Assembly: GCA_043801745.1 (NCBI GenBank)
Contig: JAZDLR010000016.1
Location: forward strand, 70,331 to 134,330
Direction: 5' to 3'
DNA: 64,000 bases
DNA from: Candidatus Komeilibacteria bacterium
GTDB lineage: Bacteria > Patescibacteriota > Patescibacteriia > UBA1558 > 2-01-FULL-52-15
Shown piece by piece: positions 50,232-60,600 of this stretch (within the stretch, counting starts at the first letter, position 1; the number at the start of each line of letters is the position of its first letter). The translations under genes and the position numbers were made by a program. The notes under the pieces were generated by a model. The model was not told the origin of the DNA. It made no database searches and saw only the letters and a program-made list of their open reading frames with translations.

Positions 50232-51536
50232 CTAAGCGGTGGTCTCAATTTTTGCCAAAACATCTTGATAAAAATCTTTGGCAATTGATCCTTGGCCGGT
50301 TTCTACCAGTCCACCGCCTTCAGTTTTAGCATAGCAAGGCTGCGTTAAAGACATGGTTCCGTCCTCGGCCAGTTTCTTTCTTTTCTTATAGCCCAGACTG
50401 CGTGTCCAAACGTCTTTCATATCAGCTGTTCTAATATCGTCACAGTATCTGAAGAGAAAACTTTCATTACCGGGGCAGGCTTGAACCCGGCCATCCTTAC
50501 GGATAAACATGCCGCTAATGAATTGATTACAGGCATAGCCGGCATAAGGAGAAACGCCCTCTTTTTTAATATCATCCAGGGTCATGATTTTATTAGCTAT
50601 CAGCCACTGGTAAACTGCGGCATATAAATCAACCAATTGTCTTTCTTTAAAATCCGGATCAGTTACTTCGGGCATTTCTAGTCCTTTGCCGCTGACCATA
50701 GTCGGGGCTAGAATAACAGGAATGTTTCGTTTGGCTCCCCAGATATATATTTTTAACGCCTCAGCAATATTGTCGCGCATGACAGGAGCACAAATTAGAG
50801 CCAGTTTCTGCAAATTGATATCTTTATTGATGCCGGCAGCCATAATATTCTCCAGCCCGGCGTTTCTTTTTTGACTGAAATTTTCAATTTTTGATCCGAT
50901 GCGTGCGTGTTCAGTTTCGGGATCGGCTGAGGTAAAACCCACGAGTAAGCGCACGTTATTATAAGTAGTAATTTTATTACATAATTCTTTAGCAGTCAGG
51001 CCGAAGTTTTTTTGCGCTAATTCATCATCTCCTAAAATAATGCCCTTGGTAAAGATGCAGATTTTTACATTTTCCTGCTCGAAAAAGTCCAGTATCTCGA
51101 ATAGTTGCGGATTGTGCATGAGCTCTCCTGGCCCTAAGAATTTGACGCTCTCTAGTCCCAATTCCTTAGCCTTGTTCACGACATCCTTTACCTCTTCAAA
51201 GGTCATAAGCGGATTATTAGTATCGGTGCGGCATTCAAAACAATGTTTACAGCCAATATCACATTTATATTCTGTTTCAGCCCGTTCACTGATTGTATTT
51301 AGCGGGCCCTCATTAACCTTTTCTACATATTCAGCATCGCTAATGCTTAAATCCAGTGTCAGTAGTTTATAGGTACCGTCGTTAGTTTTTTCTTTCATTT
51401 TGTCAACAGAAAAAGACCAGCCAACTACCCAGGGCCGGTAACCTGGGGGAAAGGATTCCGGAAAGGCCTCGGGAATATTGGGGAAAATAGCTTTTTTCTC
51501 TTCTTGGTGAGATTGAGCCAATTCAATGTTGTCCAT
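50232..51536 (-). CDS. radical SAM enzyme with C-terminal Cys-rich (SPASM/twitch-like) extension
   Basis: CDIGCKHC = CX3CX2C. C-terminal cysteines in GYACNQ, VQACPG, YCDD and QPCYAK. 434 aa. Confidence 0.75.
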   Translation of the reverse strand: MDNIELAQSHQEEKKAIFPNIPEAFPESFPPGYRPWVVGWSFSVDKMKEKTNDGTYKLLTLDLSISDAEYVEKVNEGPLNTISERAETEYKCDIGCKHCFECRTDTNNPLMTFEEVKDVVNKAKELGLESVKFLGPGELMHNPQLFEILDFFEQENVKICIFTKGIILGDDELAQKNFGLTAKELCNKITTYNNVRLLVGFTSADPETEHARIGSKIENFSQKRNAGLENIMAAGINKDINLQKLALICAPVMRDNIAEALKIYIWGAKRNIPVILAPTMVSGKGLEMPEVTDPDFKERQLVDLYAAVYQWLIANKIMTLDDIKKEGVSPYAGYACNQFISGMFIRKDGRVQACPGNESFLFRYCDDIRTADMKDVWTRSLGYKKRKKLAEDGTMSLTQPCYAKTEGGGLVETGQGSIAKDFYQDVLAKIETTA

Positions 51537-51696
51537 ATGGAGAGAATTTTATCATATTTTTGAGCAAATGAATAAACGTTATCAGAAATGAACTTGATTT
51601 GGAGATTTTTTTGCTTAGTGTTAAGTAGTGTTTTTCTCTTGATAATACGTAATTCTTGTGTTATAGTCGTAGCGCGTTTATCACAAATTCGCGCCC

Positions 51697-51727
51697 TTTC
51701 GCCCATAGGGCGATCCGCCTTTGGCGG
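51697..51727 (+). repeat. twin-hairpin GC-rich repeat, copy B (TTTCGCCCATAGGGCGATCCGCCTTTGGCGG)
   Basis: See copy A at 13943-13973. Lies upstream of tRNA-Arg. Confidence 0.6.
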
Positions 51728-51782
51728 AAGCGACTTTCGCAGATGGGCCAATAGAAAATGGAGATTATTGTCATCCTATCAT

Positions 51783-51859
51783 GCGCCCTTAGCTCAGCGG
51801 ATTAGAGCGCTTGGCTTCGGACCAAGAGGTCGGGGGTTCGAGTCCCTCAGGGCGCGCCA
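51783..51859 (+). tRNA. tRNA-Arg (TCG)
   Basis: Acceptor GCGCCCT/AGGGCGC. Anticodon loop CTTCGGA. T-loop GGTTCGAGTCC. Encoded CCA. Confidence 0.85.
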
Positions 51860-51898
51860 TCAGCCAAAGGCTGGCCAAAGGCTGATAATTTATCGCAT

Positions 51899-51921
51899 GG
51901 GTCGTTAGCTCAGCTGGTAGA
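51899..51921 (+). pseudogene. tRNA-Lys 5' half (GGGTCGTTAGCTCAGCTGGTAGA, positions 1-22) followed by trailer CCTGCCCGCCGCTCGCC
   Basis: Ends at the same D-stem position (22|23) as the Val-locus half. Confidence 0.6.
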
Positions 51922-51973
51922 CCTGCCCGCCGCTCGCCAATTGTTATTTAAAAAACTTGTTTTTATTAAATAT

Positions 51974-52050
51974 GGGTCCATAGCTCAGCCTGGTAGAGCA
52001 GTTGCCTCTTAAGCAAACGGTCGTAGGTTCGAATCCTACTGGACCCACCA
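51974..52050 (+). tRNA. tRNA-Lys (CTT)
   Basis: Acceptor GGGTCCA/TGGACCC. Anticodon loop CTCTTAA. T-loop GGTTCGAATCC. Encoded CCA. Confidence 0.9.
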
Positions 52051-52095
52051 TTATCACTAGTTGTCATGCGTCTCAAGCGAGCTATGGCAGGCGGG

Positions 52096-52148
52096 GCAGT
52101 TGCCTCTTAAGCAAACGGTCGCAGGTTCGAATCCTGCACGACCCACCA
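52096..52148 (+). pseudogene. tRNA-Lys 3' half (GCAGTTGCCTCTTAAGCAAACGGTCGCAGGTTCGAATCCTGCACGACCCACCA), intact, preceded by leader GCGAGCTATGGCAGGCGGG
   Basis: Acceptor 3' strand ACGACCC pairs perfectly with GGGTCGT of the 5' half at 51899. Anticodon arm identical to tRNA-Lys(CTT). Confidence 0.6.
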
Positions 52149-52175
52149 AAAAAATCCCTCTCGGGACTTTTTTAA

Positions 52176-53132
52176 TTAGGAGCGGAAAGGGTCAATATAG
52201 GGCCGCTTCAATTGTTGCTTATTACGTTCCCATTCTTCTTGTTTTAATTCTTCTAAGACGGGCCCAATCTGTTCGCTGATAGCCTGCAATAAAATTTGAT
52301 TGTTAAGAGAAAAATGATGGCCATTATCTTTTTCCGCAATTAGCAAACAACCGGTTATTTCTAGTTGATGTTTGATAGGACAGAGAAGCATGTCTTGGCT
52401 GGCGTATTTGGCAGTAGAAAATTTCTTTTCCCAATTTTGGGGCGTGATAATTGCCGGTTTACCGGTATTGTAAACTAAACTCATAACAGTATCACTCATT
52501 AGGCTGCTAAATTCAGGAGTCAGGGAATTGCGGTAGCCTAAAGTTTTTTCAATTCGGATACGTTTCGTCAACGGTTCGAAAGAAGCCAGTAAAACTTTTT
52601 TAACACGGAAGAGTTTTTTTAGATCAGCCAGCAGAGCCTCAATCAGGGCTGGACGGTTATGATAACTGGAAGCCAGCTTACTGAGAGCGAAAAGCGTTAG
52701 AAGTTTATGATTGGTCCGGCTTAAGCGCTCATTGAGCATGCGAATGAAATAGAGCTGGGCTGCTTGAGCAGCCGCTGGGTGATCTTGAAAGACCTTAAGC
52801 AGTTGATAAAGTGACAATTCTATAACAGTAGTATTGGGGTAGAGCGCCCGGGCAGTGTGAGTATGATTAGTACCGGGAGCATAAATGCTGGTCTCACCGA
52901 CGACATCATAGGGCTGGAAAACTGCCAGCGGCTCTGCCTGGCCTAAAATATTTTGTTCGATCAGAACTGCCCCGGTATTAACCAGATAGACTTTATCCCG
53001 TTTGGACCCCTCCCGGAACAATATCTCGTTTTCATTAAGGGTCAGTGTTTTGACAAAACTAGCCAGCTGTTTACTGGCAGTTTTACTAAAAGACCGGAAA
53101 AAGGGAATTTTTTGTAGCTCCGATACGAGCAT
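52176..53132 (-). CDS. cNMP-binding domain plus GAF-like domain regulatory protein
   Basis: N-terminal FREGSKRDKVYLVNTGAV...GETSIY (CAP/cNMP-binding fold pattern). C-terminal ~150 aa GAF-like. Stop 3 nt after pilT (coupled). Confidence 0.55.
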   Translation of the reverse strand: MLVSELQKIPFFRSFSKTASKQLASFVKTLTLNENEILFREGSKRDKVYLVNTGAVLIEQNILGQAEPLAVFQPYDVVGETSIYAPGTNHTHTARALYPNTTVIELSLYQLLKVFQDHPAAAQAAQLYFIRMLNERLSRTNHKLLTLFALSKLASSYHNRPALIEALLADLKKLFRVKKVLLASFEPLTKRIRIEKTLGYRNSLTPEFSSLMSDTVMSLVYNTGKPAIITPQNWEKKFSTAKYASQDMLLCPIKHQLEITGCLLIAEKDNGHHFSLNNQILLQAISEQIGPVLEELKQEEWERNKQQLKRPYIDPFRS

Positions 53133-53134
53133 AA

Positions 53135-54175
53135 TTATTCGGTGGAATAGGCCATGGCAGTCGGTTCATCAATGAGGCCCTGCTCTAAAAGCATGCGTAA
53201 ATGTTGATCCATGGTTATCATGCCCAGGTCAGCTGAAGTCTGAATAATAGTTCTAATTTGAGGAATTTTGTTTTCCCGGATTAAGTTAGCAATAGCAGCG
53301 TTATTAACCAGAATTTCTCTGGTAGCTACACGACCGCCACCTTTACGAGGTAACAACTTTTGCGAAATAATACCTGATAAAGATACTGATAATTGTAGGC
53401 GGACTTGGGCTTGTTGGTGTGGTGGAAAGACGTCAATAATACGGTCAATAGTTTGAGCAGCATTATGAGTGTGTAAAGTTGCCAGCACCAAGTGTCCGGT
53501 TTCAGCTAGGGTAATGGTTGCGGCAATGGTTTCTAGGTCGCGCATTTCTCCGACCATAATAACGTTGGGATCCTGACGCAGAACGTGTTTTAAGGCGCTG
53601 CCAAAGCTAATCATGTCGGTGCCCAGCTGTCGTTGTTTGATGATACTTTTGATCGGTGCGTGAATAAATTCAATCGGATCTTCTAAGGTAATAATGTTGG
53701 CAAAACGAGTATCATTGATGCGTTGAATCATAGCTGCCAAGGTAGTAGATTTGCCGCAGCCGGTAGGTCCGGTAACCAGAATTAAACCTTGTGGTTTACT
53801 AATCATATCCAGGGCCACCGGCGGCATCTCCAGCTCTTCCATGGAAGGAATAACATTGGAAATAACACGGGCGACCATGCCCATATTATCTTTTTCAAAA
53901 TGCAAATTGATGCGGTAGCGGGAGTAGCCCCCTAATTCATAGGAAACGTCTAGTTCCCGTTCTTTGAGAAATTTTTCTTTTTGGGTATCGGTGATGATGC
54001 TTAGTAATAAGGACTCCATGTCGGCCTTTTTGATAACCGGCATGTCAGAAATAATTTTTAATTCACCATCGACACGGAGAATTGGTGGCTTGCCAACTAT
54101 CAGATGCAGATCAGAGGCTTTTCTTTCGCTGGCAATCTTAAATAGCTCATTGATGTTCATGAGCATATTATACAA
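53135..54175 (-). CDS. pilT: type IV pilus retraction ATPase PilT
   Basis: LILVTGPTGCGKSTTLAAMI Walker A. GEMRD. 346 aa matches PilT length. Confidence 0.85.
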   Translation of the reverse strand: MYNMLMNINELFKIASERKASDLHLIVGKPPILRVDGELKIISDMPVIKKADMESLLLSIITDTQKEKFLKERELDVSYELGGYSRYRINLHFEKDNMGMVARVISNVIPSMEELEMPPVALDMISKPQGLILVTGPTGCGKSTTLAAMIQRINDTRFANIITLEDPIEFIHAPIKSIIKQRQLGTDMISFGSALKHVLRQDPNVIMVGEMRDLETIAATITLAETGHLVLATLHTHNAAQTIDRIIDVFPPHQQAQVRLQLSVSLSGIISQKLLPRKGGGRVATREILVNNAAIANLIRENKIPQIRTIIQTSADLGMITMDQHLRMLLEQGLIDEPTAMAYSTE

Positions 54176-54481
54176 TAGGTTGTGGGTTGTTGGAAGTGGG
54201 TTGTTGGAAGAAAAATCAAGACGGGAGATAAAAAAATCGACCCGAGGTCTCTTACGAGAACACCCGGGTCGGGGCAGGGCGAGAGCCGGTTTCGGTTTAG
54301 CGCCTGAAGCAAGCTCAATGCAGTATCCAGTAGAAGAACAAGAATATCAGACCGAACAGAATCACGATTGGGATTGGTCCGTGATTCCACAGTAGGCGAT
54401 TGAAACGGTCGATCACCCAACTCATTGGCTCTATCATTGTCCTTCTCCTTTGTTTTGAGGGGAACGAAAAACAACTACACT

Positions 54482-55024
54482 TTAGTCCTGACTAGGCAAT
54501 TTGTCTAGCAGCTGATTTTTCGTAGAGGAAGGCTGATAATAACGCGCGAATTCAAAAGAAGCGGCCAAAATTAGAACATAGAACAGATCTCCGGCCAGAG
54601 TCCAGCGGAAAAATGGTATGGCCATTAAGTAACAGTGCCAAAAACCCGACCAATTAGGCGGATAGAGAGAACTAAATAGCCAGACGGAAAAATTAGTAAC
54701 AATGAAGAATATTATGGATGAGCTCAGTGCCAAGGTCAGCCAACTATTAATCTGTGGTTTGACGCGGTAAGAAATTAGATAAATCAAGCCATAGCTGCTG
54801 TAAACAATCAGCATGATTTGCCAGGCATAAAACCCTAAGAGTAAATCGGAAATAATTAGACCGGTCAAAGGTATTAAATAGCGAAAACGGCCGGTAAAAT
54901 ATAAACCGGTAATAATCATGGCAGCGCTGACCGGCGCGAAATTGGCCGGATGCGGACCTAAACGGCAGGCAATAATTAAGCTAATCAGTCCCAGTCCCGC
55001 CAGTATTTGCGGAAATTTATTCAT
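54482..55024 (-). CDS. integral membrane protein (possible ECF-type substrate-capture component)
   Basis: Five to six TM helices. Start ambiguous (55060 or 55024). Overlaps/precedes a DUF4430 gene, as in ECF modules. Confidence 0.45.
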   Translation of the reverse strand: MNKFPQILAGLGLISLIIACRLGPHPANFAPVSAAMIITGLYFTGRFRYLIPLTGLIISDLLLGFYAWQIMLIVYSSYGLIYLISYRVKPQINSWLTLALSSSIIFFIVTNFSVWLFSSLYPPNWSGFWHCYLMAIPFFRWTLAGDLFYVLILAASFEFARYYQPSSTKNQLLDKLPSQD

Positions 55025-55028
55025 TAGA

Positions 55029-55463
55029 TTAAAACTGCGAAGTTGAAAAGCGCCATTCAATCACATCATTAGGCCGTAAAATATAAGCATTGGCCGCGGT
55101 TTGCACTTGCTGTTTATTAATCCAATATTGCCAATATTTATTTTGGTCGCCGTTTTTCTTATCCCCGATTTGAGTCACCAGTACACCCATTGAACCATAA
55201 TCTTTAGTCACCCAGTTGAGATTATTTTTTGCAGCCAATTGCTGGGTGACCGTCATTAAATTCTGACCAGCAGTAAAATCCAGGGGTGAAAAAATAACTT
55301 TGCCGGGTTCGGTCTCAATACTAAGAAAGACTTGGGTATCTTTAACGGCAGGAACAGTAGCTAAGTTTGATTGTTGAACAGTTTGCGGTTGGAAACTCTG
55401 GCCAGCCAGAAAACCGGCTAAAAAGATGACGACAACGATCAAGGTATAACGCAGCGTTGGCAT
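55029..55463 (-). CDS. DUF4430-domain exported protein
   Basis: N-terminal signal/TM. KYWQYWINK...NDVIEWRF matches the DUF4430 pattern. Confidence 0.55.
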   Translation of the reverse strand: MPTLRYTLIVVVIFLAGFLAGQSFQPQTVQQSNLATVPAVKDTQVFLSIETEPGKVIFSPLDFTAGQNLMTVTQQLAAKNNLNWVTKDYGSMGVLVTQIGDKKNGDQNKYWQYWINKQQVQTAANAYILRPNDVIEWRFSTSQF

Positions 55464-55499
55464 AAAGATTTATGATTTGATAAATTTATTAGATCAATG

Positions 55500-56993
55500 T
55501 TATTGCCGCTCTTTGTAACCGGAGCTTTTAAGGACAATGGAGTTATCGGTATAGATTAAAGCTAGGAGTTGCTTGAAATAACTAACCTGAAGATATCTAT
55601 ACTCTGGTAGGGCCTGGCCGGTTGAATCAAAAAAATAATTGAGATATTCTTTGTTAATTATCATATAGGCGGGTCCGGGTATCTGAACATCACGATCCTT
55701 TTGAAAAGTAACAAACGTGGGTTTTGTTTGGCTATAATAGCGTATAGACTCATGAATTGGCCACTCTATAACATAGAGTGGAATGCCGGTTGTTCCTACT
55801 TTATCCCGATATTTAAGCGAGACCTCTTTTTGTTCATAATGATAAGGCAGGAGCGCGAACTGATAGTAGTGATTAGTATAAATAAGTGTTCCGATTAGTA
55901 AAAACATGACAGAAAAATGTAGCCAGCGCCAACGACTCGTAAATTCGGCACCGATAATCGCTACGGCTATAGCCACGAAAGGAAATATCGGTAAGAGATA
56001 AGTGATGATCTGAGTTTTGGCCAGCGTAAAAATTACTAGAAAAAAGACGATGGTGATTAAACAAGAAATTATTAAGGGGTTGTAATATTTTCTTTTAAAA
56101 ATTAATAGAATGATATAACCGCTAGCCGCAACCAAAAAAATAACCCAGATCGGCTGAGCAAAGTCCCAGAGATATTGAACATAGCCCCAATGATTGTTGG
56201 TAGCTTTTTCAATACCTATGCCCAAGCCTTTAACGGCCCGGTCAAAAACATGATATCCTAGATAATCATTCCAAAAGGCGGTGCCATATTTTAAATGCTG
56301 CACAATGTGCCAAGGGGCGGCGATGACTAAGGCCGGTATGGTTCCGAGCCAGAAATATTTTGACTTCAGCCAACACCATTTTCTATATATCAGGGAAAAA
56401 ATTAAAGTTACGGGAATAATCAGCAAAGCTATGACATCCTTAAATAAGAAACCAATGGCAATCGCCGGCCAAAAACCGAGTAAACTCTTTTTTCTTTCCC
56501 AGCCTTTAATTAGAAAGCAGAGGGCTGCCATCATTGACATCAAGACGCCAGTATCCACACGAATTTCCCTTGAATAATAAAAATACATGGCCGAAAAGAG
56601 TAAAATAAACGCAGCAAAAATAGCATTCTTTAAATTTGATAAGCGCGCAACGATCAGTGCGGTAAATAGCAGAGTTAGAAGGCTAAAAATAGCTGCCGGT
56701 AGACGCATAGCTATCTCATTTTCTCCCAGGGCTGACACGGCCAGGATGGCAGACCAGAAATATAGTGGGGGCTTCTCGAACCAGGGTTGTCCGAAATATT
56801 TTAGCGTACTTATGTCGCCGCTGGTCATAGTATCATGGATGACGCGGGCATAGGTGCCTTCGTCATAGTCTACTAAGGGGAAGCGGTCCAAATTTGTTAG
56901 CAGAAAACAACCGGCTAAAATTAATATAATGCCTAGTGTGACACCCAGTTGATGCTTTTTTAGAAAAGTTCGATAGGAAGACTCAGAATTCAT
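55500..56993 (-). CDS. ArnT/PMT-family (GT39/GT83-like) glycosyltransferase
   Basis: N-terminal LVDYDEGTYARV (DE motif) and FEKPPLYFW, then ~11 TM helices. Confidence 0.75.
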   Translation of the reverse strand: MNSESSYRTFLKKHQLGVTLGIILILAGCFLLTNLDRFPLVDYDEGTYARVIHDTMTSGDISTLKYFGQPWFEKPPLYFWSAILAVSALGENEIAMRLPAAIFSLLTLLFTALIVARLSNLKNAIFAAFILLFSAMYFYYSREIRVDTGVLMSMMAALCFLIKGWERKKSLLGFWPAIAIGFLFKDVIALLIIPVTLIFSLIYRKWCWLKSKYFWLGTIPALVIAAPWHIVQHLKYGTAFWNDYLGYHVFDRAVKGLGIGIEKATNNHWGYVQYLWDFAQPIWVIFLVAASGYIILLIFKRKYYNPLIISCLITIVFFLVIFTLAKTQIITYLLPIFPFVAIAVAIIGAEFTSRWRWLHFSVMFLLIGTLIYTNHYYQFALLPYHYEQKEVSLKYRDKVGTTGIPLYVIEWPIHESIRYYSQTKPTFVTFQKDRDVQIPGPAYMIINKEYLNYFFDSTGQALPEYRYLQVSYFKQLLALIYTDNSIVLKSSGYKERQ

Positions 56994-57027
56994 AGTTTTG
57001 TTAAATTGTTTTTATGATTATAGCTTA

Positions 57028-57585
57028 TTAGTATTCAATACCCTGGCGCGCCGGCACGCCTTGATAGAAGTAGTGTTTTAGTTCCTTTATTTCGGTAATT
57101 AGATCAGCTTGAGCCAGGATTTCCTTGGGAGCGTTACGGCCGGTCAGAACCAGCTCAATTTTAACCGGTTTATTTTTTAATAAAGTAACTACCTGATGGG
57201 TGGAGACCAGGCCCAGACCGGCCGCCACATTGATTTCGTCTAGTATTATCAGATCGTAGTTCTTTTTAAAGAGTTCACGAGCCAGATCCAGACCTTTCTG
57301 TCCCTCAATTTTATCTCCAAGGCTGACACCGAAACGAAAAGGCTTACCCGGCCGGAAGCGTTTTAGTCCGGTAACAAAGAAATTTAGTTTAGGTGCCAGT
57401 TGAAGTAAGCTTTTTCTTTCACCATAATTAGCTCCACCCTTGTCAAAGAAAATAATTGCCACCTTTTTCCCGCCGCCTACTGCCCGCAAAGCCAGGCCTA
57501 AAGCGGCGGTGGTTTTGCCTTTACCATTACCAGTGTAGACGTGGATTTGACCACGATTTTTTTTATTTTTGTTGGATTGATTCAT
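57028..57585 (-). CDS. cobO: cob(I)yrinic acid a,c-diamide / cob(I)alamin adenosyltransferase (CobO/BtuR family)
   Basis: IHVYTGNGKGKTTAALGLALRAVGGGKKV P-loop pattern of CobA/CobO/BtuR. Confidence 0.75.
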   Translation of the reverse strand: MNQSNKNKKNRGQIHVYTGNGKGKTTAALGLALRAVGGGKKVAIIFFDKGGANYGERKSLLQLAPKLNFFVTGLKRFRPGKPFRFGVSLGDKIEGQKGLDLARELFKKNYDLIILDEINVAAGLGLVSTHQVVTLLKNKPVKIELVLTGRNAPKEILAQADLITEIKELKHYFYQGVPARQGIEY

Positions 57586-57645
57586 ATGATTTTGGTAGCG
57601 ACACACAATTGTGTGTCGCTACAGATTACCCGGCGACGGCAAGGG

Positions 57646-60600
57646 CTAGCTACAGCCGGTGGTTTCGCCGCAATCAGCGCACAGCAGACAAGAGCCGTTA
57701 CGCTTCATTTTCATACTACCACAGGAACCGCATTGATCGCCGGTAAAGCCCTGTTGTCGGGCCGCATCTTTAACATCCAGGTCGGCCACTTTCTTATGTT
57801 CGCTATGTCCATTAGTTTGGAGGGTTACTGTCGTATGGCTTAAATCCATAGGCAGAGTTGGCTGCGGATCCTCGGGTTTATTTTGTACTAGATCAATCCG
57901 GTTGAGATACTCGAAGCCCAGAAGCCGGAAAACATAATCCATGATGGAAGTGGCCATTTTGATGTTAGGGTGACCTTGAATAACGCCGGCCGGTTCAAAC
58001 TTAGTATAGGTAAAGGTATCAACGTATTCTTCCAGCGGAATACCATATTGCAGTCCCTTGGAGATGGAAATGGCAAACATATTAACCAAGCTGCGGTAGG
58101 CGGCGCCCTCTTTATACATATCAATGAAAATTTCACCTAAGCGTCCGTCAGGATATTCACCAGTACGGACATAAACTTTATGTCCCCCAACTATTGCTTC
58201 TTGAACAAAGCCCTGGCGTTGATGCGGCAGCTTTTCTTGAACGCCGCGGCCGGCAGCCATTTGCTGAAATTCTTTGGGTCCCACAGTTTCGTCCACATCA
58301 TCGGCCATGGCGAGCTGAAGTAAGGAGCTTTCATCAGTAGTGGAGTTTAGGGGTTGGGAAAGTTTACTGCCGTCGCGGTAAAGAGCCACTGCTTTCAACA
58401 TATGGGTCCAGCTTTTTTCATGCACTGAAGCCACTTCAGCAATCGTAGCTTCATGAGGCATATTAATGGTCTTAGAAATGGCGCCGGACAAGAATGGTTG
58501 GGTAGCGGCCATCATCATAATGTGGGCATCATAAGGAATATAACGGGTACCGCCGGAGCCGCATCTATTGGCGCAGTCAAAAACCAGATAATTTTCCGGT
58601 CGCAGATGAGGCGCGCCTTCTAAAGTCATAGTACCAAAGATATATTCATTGGCTTGCTGAATTTGCTCGGGACTAAAACCTAAATGCTGCAAAACATTAA
58701 GTTTGGGATCAGTAATTTCTGCCGGAGTGAAGCCTAAGCGCAGTAGTGTTTGTTCGCCCAGGATACTGGCATTAAAAACAAAAGATAAATTCATGGCTGA
58801 AGCTAGAGCGGTCTCGATGTTAGCCAGATCTTTGTCGCTAAAGCCTAAATTGTTCAGGGATTCATTATTGATGTGAGGACTATTTTTTAGACTATTATGT
58901 CCTAAAGCATAAGTTTCAATTTCTTTGATCTGTTCCGGATTATAATTAAGACGCTTTAAGCCCTTGTGTACGCTACGGTTGATAATTTTCAGGTATCCGC
59001 CGCCGGCCAGTTTTTTATATTTAACAATGGCAAAGTCAGGCTCAATGCCGGTGGTATCGCAATCCATCACCAATCCGATGGTACCGGTGGGAGCGATTAG
59101 AGTTGTTTGAGCATTACGATAACCGTGGACTTCGCCCAAAGCTATAGCGCGGTCCCAACACTCCCGGGCCGCAGCAATCAGATCTCCGGGCGTATATTTT
59201 GGATCCAAGCCCAGCGGTTTGACCGTGAGATTTTCGTATTCTTGCGGCGTGGCATTGTAAGCGGCCCGGCGGTGGTTGCGCAAAACTTGTAACATGGTTT
59301 CGCGGTTAGCCGGGAAGCGCTCGAAGGGTCCGAGAACCGCGGCCATTTCCGCTGAAGTCGCGTAGGCTTCGCCGCTCATGATGGCAGTTATTGCCCCGGC
59401 AATATTACGAGCTGGCGAACTGTCATAAGGAATGCCCAGGGTCATTAAAATAGTACCTAAGTTGGCATAGCCTAAGCCGAGAGTGCGGTAGAGGTAGCTG
59501 TTCCAGGCCATTTGTTTGGACGGAAACTGAGCCATAAGAACGGAAATTTCTAAGGTGATAGTCCAGAGACGGACAGCATGCTGAAATTTTTCAATTTGAA
59601 ATTGTCCGCTGTCTTCATCCAGAAAATGCGCCAAATTGATGGAAGCTAAATTGCAGGCCGTATCGTCTAGAAACATGTATTCCGAGCAGGGATTAGAAGC
59701 GGTGATGGGTCCATCGTTGCTGCAAGTATGCCATTCATTGGCGGTGTCGTGAAATTGTAGGCCAGGATCAGCACAGGACCAAGCAGAATAATTTATTTTA
59801 TCCCACAATTGTTGGGCCGGTATAGTTTTGGCTACTTGTCCATCAGTGCGCCTAATTAATTTCCAATCTTTACCTTGGGCCACGGCTTGCATAAATTCGT
59901 TGGTCAACCGCACCGAATTGTTGGAATTTTGTCCGGCTACGGAAGAATAAGCCTCACCTTCAAAGTGAGTATCCTGTATGGGGTAAGAAAGAGAGGAATA
60001 ACCCTGATCGATTAGTCGTAGAACCCGTTCAATATAATTAAGTGGTGCGCCGGCAATGATAGCAGCGTGGATGGCCCGTTTAACTTTGGTACTTTTAGTC
60101 CAATCAGTAGTTTTCTCGGCAATGGCTGTAGTCATAATGTCATTGAGCTGGCGAGAATTAATTTGACTACCGGTTACTAAAGAGGCGACTTTCTGTTCCT
60201 CCTTCATTTTCCACTCAATAAATTCTTCTATATCGGGGTGGTCAATATCGACAACCACCATTTTAGCCGCGCGTCTGGTCGTGCCGCCGCTTTTGACAGC
60301 GCCGGCTGCCCGGTCAAAGATTCGCAAGAAGGACATTAGGCCCGAGGAGCGGCCACCGCCGGAAAGTTTTTCTTGAGCACCACGTAAGCTGGAAAAATTT
60401 GAGCCTGTACCTGAGCCATATTTAAAAAGTCTGGCTTCGCGCAAAACCAGATCGAAGATGCCGCCTTCATTAACCAGGTCATCGTTTAAAGATTGAATAA
60501 AACAGGCGTGCGGTTGGGGATGAGTATAAGCGTCGGCTGATTGGTTCAGATCGCGGGTTAGAGGATCAACAAAATAATGACCTTGTGGTGTGCCGGTTAT

